Shown here: one piece after another, positions 39,420 to 46,730 of the stretch
Numbering within the stretch: the first letter of the stretch is position 1
Layout of the letters: each line of letters opens with the position of its first letter
Assembly (NCBI GenBank): GCA_018304425.1
Contig: JAGVWE010000002.1
Location: forward strand, 438,437 to 502,436
Direction of reading: 5' to 3'
Origin: Candidatus Iainarchaeum sp.
Lineage (GTDB): Archaea > Iainarchaeota > Iainarchaeia > Iainarchaeales > UBA10219
Length of the DNA: 64,000 bases
Notes under the pieces: generated by a model
Seen by the model: the letters and a program-made list of their open reading frames with translations, nothing else
What the model was told of the DNA's origin: nothing
The model's database searches: none
Translations under genes and position numbers: made by a program

Positions 39420-39776
39420 ATGCCACGCATCCTGGTCGTCGACGATTCCGGTTACACGCGGAGCATGCTCCGTGCCGCCCTCGAAGTCGAGGGCTTCACC
39501 GACATCCTAGAGGCCTCCACCGGCAAGGAAGCCATCCAAAAGTATTCCATCAACAAACCCGACCTGGTGCTATTAGACATCGTCCTCGTCGAAATGGACG
39601 GCATCGAGGTCCTCCGCGCCATCAAGAAAATGGACGCCAACGCCAAGGTCATCATCATCAGCGCCGTCGGCCAGGAAAAATACATCAACGAAGCAAGGGC
39701 CCTCGGCGTGCTCGGCTACATCGCCAAACCCTTTTCCCCCAAGGAGCTTATCACCAAAATCCGCGAAATAATCTGA
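39420..39776 (+). CDS. cheY: Single-domain response regulator, CheY-like
   Basis: ILVVDDS, DLVLLDIVL (phospho-Asp), ISAVGQ, YIAKPF. Confidence 0.85.
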   Translation: MPRILVVDDSGYTRSMLRAALEVEGFTDILEASTGKEAIQKYSINKPDLVLLDIVLVEMDGIEVLRAIKKMDANAKVIIISAVGQEKYINEARALGVLGYIAKPFSPKELITKIREII

Positions 39777-39803
39777 ACCCGTTTTCTCCCGCCTTTTCCC
39801 GCC

Positions 39804-40448
39804 CTAGAATATCTTTCCCTTCCGCACCAGCATCCGCCGGTCCAGGGCCTCCAGCAGCGCCCGCAACCCGAGCTCGTCGATGAACAGGATGAACTTGCCT
39901 TCGACCTCTTTTTCGCCGGGCAACAGGAAATCCGTTCCAATCACCAGGCCATACTTGATGTCCGAGTTGATCTGGCCAATCAGTTGCCCGGCGATGGCCG
40001 AGGCATCCAGGACGATCTGCGTGTTCTCCGGGGAAAACTTTTCGTCGAAAAAGTTGGCCAACGGGTTCAGGTACGCGTTGTTGAGGATGTGCGCCAACTC
40101 GATGAAGGTGCTGACATCCATTTCCTCGAGCTTCTTTGGCACCCTGCCGGCCTGCTTGTTCATCAACTCCACCAGAGCCGAAGCGGTTTTCCGCTTGAAG
40201 ATGATGATGAGCACGGCCTTCTTCTGGCTGAAAATCTGGATGGGCGTGCAGGCCAGCACCTCGTGGGGGCCGCCCAGGAAAGAGGTTATCCGTTCAATGG
40301 GAATCAACTGGATGTAGGGCACGGTCAGCTTGACCGGCCGCCCGATGATGGCCGACAAGGTGTTGGTCGCCTTGGCCGACCCAAGGTTACTCACTTCCTT
40401 GAGCGTGTCCTTTTCCATGGGCGTAAGCCGGATGCTTTCCTCTTCCAT
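39804..40448 (-). CDS. cheC: CheC-family response-regulator phosphatase
   Basis: DTLKEVSNLG (DxxxExxN), ATNTLS...VKLTVP, second site STFIELAH; start at ATG 40448. Confidence 0.85.
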   Translation of the reverse strand: MEEESIRLTPMEKDTLKEVSNLGSAKATNTLSAIIGRPVKLTVPYIQLIPIERITSFLGGPHEVLACTPIQIFSQKKAVLIIIFKRKTASALVELMNKQAGRVPKKLEEMDVSTFIELAHILNNAYLNPLANFFDEKFSPENTQIVLDASAIAGQLIGQINSDIKYGLVIGTDFLLPGEKEVEGKFILFIDELGLRALLEALDRRMLVRKGKIF

Positions 40449-40503
40449 GCCCAAAACCTTCGGCAATACTAGGTTTTCCCGGTTATTAAACCTGCCTTGT
40501 TCA

Positions 40504-41892
40504 TTACTCTCTTGCCTTCTCCCACTCCACTTCGGGGAACTCCCGGAGCTTGGCGAACACGGTTTCCCTGATTTCCGCCAGCTTTTCCTGGGTCTTGGCC
40601 TCGAACCGCAACGTGAGATAGGGGTTGGTGTTGCTGGCCCGCACCAGGCCCCAGGCCCCTTCCCCGAACAACACCCGGATCCCGTCCACGGTGATGGCGG
40701 GAAACCGGGCCGCAAAATGGGCCTTTACTCGTTCCACGACTTCGAACTTTTTCTCGTCCGGGCACGGCACCTTTATCTCGTGCGTGGCGAACACCCTGGG
40801 CAGGCCTTCCAACAACGCCGAAAACGGTTTCCCCTCCCCCTCATAGTACTTGAGGAGCCGCAGCGCGGCCAACAGCGAGTCGTCGAACCCGTAATAGTCT
40901 TCGCGGAAGAACAGGTGCCCCGAAACCTCTCCCCCCAGCAACGCGTTTTCCTCCCGCATCTTCTGCTTGATGAGGGAGTGCCCGGCCTTCCACACAATGG
41001 CCTTGCCCCCATGCGCCTCGATGTCGTCGAACACGTTCTGCGAGCACTTGACTTCGCCCACGATTTTCGCGCCCGGGCACCGCTTCAACAAGTCCCGGGC
41101 CAGCAACAACAAGAGGTTATCCGCGGTATGCGCTTGCCCCCGCTCGTCGACCACCCCAATCCGGTCTCCATCGCCGTCAAAGCCCAGGCCCAGCTCCGCC
41201 TTCTCCCGCACCACGGCCTCCTTGAGCCAAGCCAGGTTGGCCTCGACTTCTGGGTCGGGCAAGTGCGTGGGGTAACGGGAGTCCGGCTCGCAAAACAATT
41301 CCACGACCTCGCAGCCGGCTGCCCGCAACACCTTCGGGGCATACAAGCCCGCAATGCCGTTGCCCGCGTCCACGACTACCTTCGTCTTTCGCTTCAGTTT
41401 CACGCGTTTCCCGAGTTCCCGGAAATAGTCTTCGGCCACGTCTTTTTCGTCGAGTTCCCCGCTTCCCACCGCGAACTCCCCTCGTTCCGCGATTCGCCGG
41501 ATTTCCTGCACGGCCTTCCCGTACACGGGCCGCGCCTCCTTTTCCGTCAACTTGAATCCATTGAATTCCTTGGGGTTGTGGCTGCCCGTGACATTCACTC
41601 CCCCGTCAAACCCGTAATAGCAGACCGCGAAGTACATCATGGGGCTCAAGCTCAAGCCGATGTTGGTTGCCTGGCAGCCAGTGTCCCGCAGGCCCCGGAT
41701 GAAAGCCGGCTTCAATTCCGCGGTGCTCTCCCGGTTGTCGCCGCCCACGCAGATGCGTTTCCCGCTCAGCCCCTGGATGTAGGTGCCGAACGCTTTTCCC
41801 AGCACCTCGGCCCCTTCCGGGGTCAAGTCCTTTCCCACGAGGCCGCGGATGTCGTACTCGCGGAAGATGTAGGGGTTCAACCTGACAGCCAT
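40504..41892 (-). CDS. Phosphomannomutase/phosphoglucomutase
   Basis: FREYDIRG, TGSHNP, FDGDGDR, GEVSGH, RASNT. Confidence 0.95.
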   Translation of the reverse strand: MAVRLNPYIFREYDIRGLVGKDLTPEGAEVLGKAFGTYIQGLSGKRICVGGDNRESTAELKPAFIRGLRDTGCQATNIGLSLSPMMYFAVCYYGFDGGVNVTGSHNPKEFNGFKLTEKEARPVYGKAVQEIRRIAERGEFAVGSGELDEKDVAEDYFRELGKRVKLKRKTKVVVDAGNGIAGLYAPKVLRAAGCEVVELFCEPDSRYPTHLPDPEVEANLAWLKEAVVREKAELGLGFDGDGDRIGVVDERGQAHTADNLLLLLARDLLKRCPGAKIVGEVKCSQNVFDDIEAHGGKAIVWKAGHSLIKQKMREENALLGGEVSGHLFFREDYYGFDDSLLAALRLLKYYEGEGKPFSALLEGLPRVFATHEIKVPCPDEKKFEVVERVKAHFAARFPAITVDGIRVLFGEGAWGLVRASNTNPYLTLRFEAKTQEKLAEIRETVFAKLREFPEVEWEKARE

Positions 41893-41945
41893 ATGCCATT
41901 AGTCTCCCGGTAAGCCTTTTTAACCCCTCCAAGGGAGGGCATCGT

Positions 41946-42162
41946 AGAAGCAGGTAAGGGTAAAGTGTTGGAGGGAAAATCGGGGCAGAAAGTCCGAGGA
42001 AATTCTGTTACCGGCTTTTTCCGAGGAAAAGGCCGGCCTTGTCTTCCGAAGAAGGCAAGCATGCACCCGTGGATGCGCGTTTCCCGCGATTTTTTTCCCT
42101 GCTGGGAAAGAGTCCTCCGGGGAGGAACACCCTTCCAACACCGGTAACCCTTACCTCGTTCT
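41946..42162 (+). ncRNA. Candidate ~217-nt structured non-coding RNA, unknown family
   Basis: Nested stems 41952-41961/42147-42156, 41965-41975/42131-42141 and 41976-41985/42083-42093, plus six internal hairpins; TTTTTAA 23 nt upstream and T6 just downstream. Confidence 0.55.
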
Positions 42163-42254
42163 CCCATAAATTTTTTGCTTCTTCGGAAACCCAACCCCTT
42201 TTTATGTAGCAAGACCGGCTTTTTTAATCCTTTCAGGCCCTTTCCTTGATTGGC

Positions 42255-42292
42255 ATGCTTGTAATCGGTTTGACTTCTTCGATTGGCTGTGG
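42255..42292 (+). pseudogene. Duplicated 5' end of coaE (MLVIGLTSSIGCG)
   Basis: 23-bp exact repeat 42270-42292 = 42467-42489; the codons before it differ mostly synonymously. Confidence 0.8.
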
Positions 42293-42294
42293 TC

Positions 42295-42413
42295 ACAGCC
42301 TTTTTGCCTTCGGCAAAAAGCCTGGGGAAAAAAGGTGGGCTGAAGCCCACAACAGCCTTTTTGCCTTCGGCAAAAAGCCTGGGGAAAAACGGGTGCCATA
42401 CTTTGTATGGCGC
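42295..42413. repeat. REP-like cassette: two identical 38-bp hairpin repeats plus two other hairpins
   Basis: acagcctttttgccttcggcaaaaagcctggggaaaaa at 42295-42332 and 42352-42389; gtgggc-tgaa-gcccac; gtgccatac-ttt-gtatggcgc. Confidence 0.85.
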
Positions 42414-42451
42414 GGGCCTTTTCGTTTGGGTGAATGGGGGCGGGTCTTGAT

Positions 42452-43048
42452 ATGCTCGTCGTTGGCTTGACTTCTTCGATTGGCTGTGGCAAGTCCACGG
42501 TCGCGGGCTTCTTTCGGGAGCTGGGCGCCAAGGTCATTGACGCCGACGCCATTGTTTCCCGCCTCTACCGGGAGGATATAGCCCTCAAGAAGCGGTTGCT
42601 GGCCCACTTTGGTTCCGGCATCCTCTGCAAGGGCGGCATCGACCGGAAGGCCTTGGCCGCCATTGTCTTCAATGACCGCAGCCAACTCGAGGCCTTGAAC
42701 GCCTTGGTCCACCCCGTTGTTTTGGCGGAAATCAAGGCTGGGCTGGCTTCCACCTGCGGCAAGCCCCTGGTGGTCTTGGACGTGCCCTTGCTCGTGGAGT
42801 CAACCGTGGTCCGCTTGATTGACTGCTTGGTCGTCGTCAAGTGTTCGCCGAGCCAGCAACTCGAACGCGTCATGCACCACTTGAACCTCTCCAGGGAAGA
42901 GGCCTTGAAGCGCATTTCCGCCCAGCTCCCCTTAAGGGAAAAACTTAAATTAGCCGACTACCTCATTGATAACAGTGGTTCCTTGAAGGACACGCGAAAG
43001 CAAGTCGAGTTCTTGTTCAACCGGTTCCTGGGGGAGGCCCAAGCATGA
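42452..43048 (+). CDS. coaE: Dephospho-CoA kinase, bacterial type
   Basis: GLTSSIGCGKST, VIDADAI, IDRKALAAIVF, LNALVHP, DVPLLVE, IDNSG. Confidence 0.93.
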   Translation: MLVVGLTSSIGCGKSTVAGFFRELGAKVIDADAIVSRLYREDIALKKRLLAHFGSGILCKGGIDRKALAAIVFNDRSQLEALNALVHPVVLAEIKAGLASTCGKPLVVLDVPLLVESTVVRLIDCLVVVKCSPSQQLERVMHHLNLSREEALKRISAQLPLREKLKLADYLIDNSGSLKDTRKQVEFLFNRFLGEAQA

Positions 43049-43536
43049 CGCAGCAGCGCATCGCCGTTTATCCTGGCACCTTTGACCCCGTCACCTTGGG
43101 CCACTTGGATGTCATCCAGCGCGCGCTCAAGCTCTTTGACGGGCTCATCGTGGCCGTGGCCGATGGCCCGCACAAGAAACCGTTTTTCCCGCTTTCCGAG
43201 CGCCTGGCCATGGTGGAGGAGAGCGTGGCCGGCTTGGACCGCATAACGGTGAAGCCCTTGAAGGGTTTGCTGGTGGACTTTGCGCGGGAGAACCAGGCCC
43301 AGGTCGTGGTCCGCGGCCTGCGGGCAGTTTCTGACTTCGAGGACGAGTTCCAAATGGCTACCGTGAACCGGCGGCTGGGCCCGGGCCTTGAAACGGTTTT
43401 CGTGATGACGTCGGAGAAGTTCTTTTACTTGTCGAGCAGCGTGGTCCGGGAACTCGCGTTCCTGGGCGGGAACGTCGGGGACTTCGTTCCCGCGCCGGTC
43501 GCTGAGCGCCTCAAAAACCGAAGGAAGCAGGTTTAA
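43045..43536 (+). CDS. coaD: Phosphopantetheine adenylyltransferase, bacterial type
   Basis: AVYPGTFDPVTLGHLD, VRGLRAVSDFEDE, LSSSVVRE. Confidence 0.96.
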   Translation: MTQQRIAVYPGTFDPVTLGHLDVIQRALKLFDGLIVAVADGPHKKPFFPLSERLAMVEESVAGLDRITVKPLKGLLVDFARENQAQVVVRGLRAVSDFEDEFQMATVNRRLGPGLETVFVMTSEKFFYLSSSVVRELAFLGGNVGDFVPAPVAERLKNRRKQV

Positions 43537-43562
43537 ATAGGGGTTCCCCCCCTTACTCGTGC

Positions 43563-43578
43563 GTAAACTTTATATACC
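43563..43578 (+). promoter_or_regulatory. Archaeal BRE/TATA promoter of the pilin gene
   Basis: gtaaac-TTTATATA (43569-43576); GGAGG SD just before ATG 43635. Confidence 0.65.
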
Positions 43579-43634
43579 TCAAAGGTGTTATTGGTAGCAT
43601 TACAATTCGCCTTTCAGGAACCAATAGGAGGGAC

Positions 43635-44132
43635 ATGATGGAGCATAGAGGTCAATCAGCGTTGGAATACTTAATGACCTATGGCTGGGCACTGGTCGTC
43701 ATCGTGATAGCCGTTGCCGCCTTGGTGATACTACTTAACCCGAGCCAAATACAGGGAAACAGGTGTGACACAAAACTGGGGCCCTTTGCCTTGTCCGCAG
43801 AGTCATCGGTTCTGACAAATAAAGCCACCTTTGTTTTGACAAACGGACTAGGTGTTTCAATAAATTATATGGACTTTGAGCTTTCAGGCACAGATAACGG
43901 TGCCGCCGAAACCTGGTTTCCGTTCGATACTGCTGGGACCTGTAATGATGCAACGTTAGCCCCTAATGTTACCGGAAATTATACCTGTAACTTTACCGCA
44001 GGCAATACAATAGGTTCGGGCGACCAATACGATATGACGGTCAAATTGCGGTACGCCACGCCAAACGTTGGACAAGCAGCAGTAGCTGACCGACCAGTTG
44101 TAACAGCCAAGTGCACGGGAAAAGTCGTATAA
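43635..44132 (+). CDS. Type IV pilin (class III signal peptide), probable major pilin
   Basis: HRGQ-SALEYLMTYGWALVVIVIAVAALV, four Cys in the globular part, terminal CTGKVV; own promoter, SD and terminator; low GC. Confidence 0.88.
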   Translation: MMEHRGQSALEYLMTYGWALVVIVIAVAALVILLNPSQIQGNRCDTKLGPFALSAESSVLTNKATFVLTNGLGVSINYMDFELSGTDNGAAETWFPFDTAGTCNDATLAPNVTGNYTCNFTAGNTIGSGDQYDMTVKLRYATPNVGQAAVADRPVVTAKCTGKVV

Positions 44133-44148
44133 GCGGCTTATTCCCTCC

Positions 44149-44172
44149 TTTTTTCTTTTTCTTTTCTTTTTT
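44149..44172 (+). terminator. Oligo-T archaeal terminator
   Basis: 24-nt stretch of T-runs interrupted by single Cs, 17 nt after the pilin stop. Confidence 0.7.
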
Positions 44173-44248
44173 CCCGGTCCAGCCCCCGGCCTCTTATCCC
44201 ATGGCCTTAAAAGCAGTGTGGCCGCGTTCAATATGTTTGAGGGGTTGA

Positions 44249-44813
44249 TTGGGCAAACGCCTATTCTTAGTGCTATTACTGGTTCTGGCTGGCCCGTTTA
44301 GCCACGCCGCGCTCCTCAACAACGGTTCCTTCGAGGACTGTTCTCCCAACAACTCGTGCGCCGCGCCCCTGGGCAGCGACTGGGACTACTTGCCAAGCAG
44401 TTGCCTGGATGCCAGTTCCGGTTCCGGCTACGCCGTGAAAGACACGGCGTTTGCCAGGCACGCCACGGACGGGCAATACTATTTTGGGTTGAACTCCTCC
44501 TCTGCAACCTGCACCCTATTCTATGCCCCGTTCCTGAAATATGGGGGAAGAATAGCCTATGATTTGAACGTCCAACGCCTTGGCAGCTTTGTCGCTCCCA
44601 TCGTCGATTTCACGTCAAGGGATTCAAACAACTCCTTGCAGTTGGGCCACCAATAAATTGACCACTGCCATCAAGCACTTCGCCAATGCCTGGGCCAACG
44701 CCCAAAACGCCTTAAAGTACGCCAACAAGGGCGTTAAACAGTCCCTGGACGAGGCCAAGGAAATGATTTTGGACGTCGAAGACCAGGAACTCGCAGAAGA
44801 CGAGCCCACCTAG
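44249..44813 (+). pseudogene. Internally deleted secreted-protein gene (N-terminal fragment plus out-of-frame C-terminal fragment)
   Basis: 44249-44656: signal peptide and LLNNGSFE (CBM-like start). About 44650-44813 in another frame: AIKHFANAWANAQNALKYA plus acidic tail, similar to the C-terminus at 63802-64000. Confidence 0.6.
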
Positions 44814-44829
44814 TTCCAGCCATTTTCCC

Positions 44830-45840
44830 CTATTTCAGTAGTATGGGTCCGAACACGGTTAGCAGCGCGGTTCGCACAATGAGGAAGACGCCGAAGGAGG
44901 CCAGCAGCAAAAAGGGCAGGTACTTCAATCCCTCTTTTTCTTTGCCCTTGTTGATGACGCCGAGGGTCATGGCGGAGAAGAGGGCGCCGAAGACGATCAT
45001 GATTTCGATGAAGAGCACGACGAAGTCCACGGTGATGGTGGACTTGGAGGCTTGCAGCATGGACGTGGTAAAGCCGCTCACGCCACCCGTTCCCGCCGGC
45101 AGGTTGATGCTGCCCACGTTGGGTTTTTGGGCGGTCATGACTTGGACGATGAAGCTGCTGACCCCGTAGAGGGCGGGGGCGCCGAACGCCGAGGAAAAGA
45201 AGATGAGAATAACGTACGTTGAGACGTCGGCTTGTTCTTCTTCGCGTAACGCGTTTTGCTCGCGGAGGTTGTTCGACAACTGGATAAGCAGGTCGGAGAT
45301 TTCCCCGCCAGAGCCGATGCCCCGGGACAACAGCCACACGGTTTGTTCGAGGATCCTTGACTTGATGCGGCCCGGCATGCCGTTCAACGCGATTTCAACG
45401 GGAACCCCGGACATGATTTCCGTGCTCGACCGCTTCAGCTCCCTTTCCAGGGGCCCGAACTCCGGCCTAGCCGAGACGATCAAGGCCTTTTCCGTGGTCA
45501 ACCCCGCGCGGATGTTGGAGGAAATGAGTTGCAGGGCATCCGGGAGGATGCGTTCCACGAACTGCCCTTTTCCGTCCGCGGAGAGGCTCAGCATCAGGTA
45601 GGGCACCACGAGGAAGCCGGCGAAGAAGCCCAGGAACGTGAAAGCGGGGGGGATGTGGAGGAACAAGGCCAGCACGGAGGCCACCACCAGGCTGGCGACC
45701 AGGGAATAGACCAGGAGGAACCCCACGAACCGCCTTACTTCGAGCCGGACATCCGCGTACAGCAGTTGCTTGGCGAACGCTTCCCGCATGGGTTTTGGGG
45801 CCAGCGATGCCGTGCTTTCATAGAATCCCATTTCCATCAA
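44830..45840 (-). CDS. Type IV pilus platform protein (T2SSF/TadC/FlaJ-like)
   Basis: LPDALQLISSNIRAGLT, RPEFGPL, SGGEISDLL; TM helices. Confidence 0.9.
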   Translation of the reverse strand: MMEMGFYESTASLAPKPMREAFAKQLLYADVRLEVRRFVGFLLVYSLVASLVVASVLALFLHIPPAFTFLGFFAGFLVVPYLMLSLSADGKGQFVERILPDALQLISSNIRAGLTTEKALIVSARPEFGPLERELKRSSTEIMSGVPVEIALNGMPGRIKSRILEQTVWLLSRGIGSGGEISDLLIQLSNNLREQNALREEEQADVSTYVILIFFSSAFGAPALYGVSSFIVQVMTAQKPNVGSINLPAGTGGVSGFTTSMLQASKSTITVDFVVLFIEIMIVFGALFSAMTLGVINKGKEKEGLKYLPFLLLASFGVFLIVRTALLTVFGPILLK

Positions 45841-46730
45841 CCCAACAGGTTCGGTCGCTTGCTTTTCACCATGCCGATGAACATGAACTGCCCGGTCATG
45901 ACCATGGCGAACAACGCCCAGAAGAACATTTCCGTGACCGGGATCTGGGGGAAGCTCGTCAACACGATTAAGAAGGTTATGCCCAGCGCGGGGATGATGA
46001 CGCCCATCATCATGTACACGAGGGACAACACCTTTAATTGTCCGCCGTACCGCCGCATTTCAATGACTTGTTGCCGGGTCAGCGAGTCCACGGACTCCTT
46101 TAACACGATGCTCACGTCGGCCCCCGCCTTCATGCCGTTGACCAGCTGCCAGAGCGTCCTCCGCAAGTGATCCGAGGGATTGTTTTCCGCCATCCGCTCC
46201 AAGGCCTCTTTTTCAGGGGTTCCCGTCTGGATTTCTTTCGCGGTGCGGTCGAATTCCTCGCTGAGCTTCCCATAGTTTCCCTCGGCCACGGTTTTCATGG
46301 CGTCGAACAAGCTCACCCCGGACTTGATTTCGATGAGCAAAGTCCTCAACGCGAACACCAGGTTCTTGTCCAGTTCCCGCACCTTTTTCTTGACCACGAT
46401 TTTGGGGTACACCAGCAACTGCACCAGCACCATGAACCCGAAGACGAGGCCCAGCGCGAGTCCAGCCGGCACGGCCTTGCCGGGGTCCACGGCTCTCACC
46501 AGCACATAGCCGATGAGGGAGAAGAACACCGCGTAGAACAGGAACAACCACGTGGTTATCGCCAAATACTCGGTGTCGTCGATGTCCAGTCCTGCCTGGA
46601 CCAACTCGACTCGGAGCATGGGGTTGGCGCTGGCCAGCGCCGAGCCAAACCCGTAAAAGGGCTTGGCCAACAGCCTCGCCAGGGGCAGGGGAAACGGGCA
46701 GGCCGGCAGCTTGATGGGCGTTCCAGGCAT
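45837..46730 (-). CDS. Type IV pilus platform protein (T2SSF/TadB-like)
   Basis: LVFALRTLLIEIKSGVSLFDA, YGKLSEEF, EALERMAENNPS. Confidence 0.9.
   Translation of the reverse strand: MPGTPIKLPACPFPLPLARLLAKPFYGFGSALASANPMLRVELVQAGLDIDDTEYLAITTWLFLFYAVFFSLIGYVLVRAVDPGKAVPAGLALGLVFGFMVLVQLLVYPKIVVKKKVRELDKNLVFALRTLLIEIKSGVSLFDAMKTVAEGNYGKLSEEFDRTAKEIQTGTPEKEALERMAENNPSDHLRRTLWQLVNGMKAGADVSIVLKESVDSLTRQQVIEMRRYGGQLKVLSLVYMMMGVIIPALGITFLIVLTSFPQIPVTEMFFWALFAMVMTGQFMFIGMVKSKRPNLLG

Noticed and set aside
37759-41913. Long plus-strand ORFs 37759-39261 and 40330-41913 (also 13973-15367, 36413-37759 and 60505-61767)
   Set aside because: Shadow ORFs overlapping well-supported genes in high-GC DNA, with no recognisable motifs.
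41946-42162. RNase P RNA or SRP RNA
   Set aside because: gaaagtcc and gaggaaa fragments occur, but there is no CR-V (ACAnAAnnnGGCUUA) before the closing helix and no SRP helix-8 CAGG/AGCA motif. Rejected by eye only; Rfam was not run.
42295-42389. Mini CRISPR array (two 38-bp palindromic repeats)
   Set aside because: Only two repeats; the 19-bp spacer is itself a hairpin; no cas genes; a variant copy occurs alone at 14835.
42255-42489. Diversity-generating retroelement TR/VR pair
   Set aside because: Differences are not adenine-specific (several T/C), the repeat is at a gene 5' end, and no reverse transcriptase is present.
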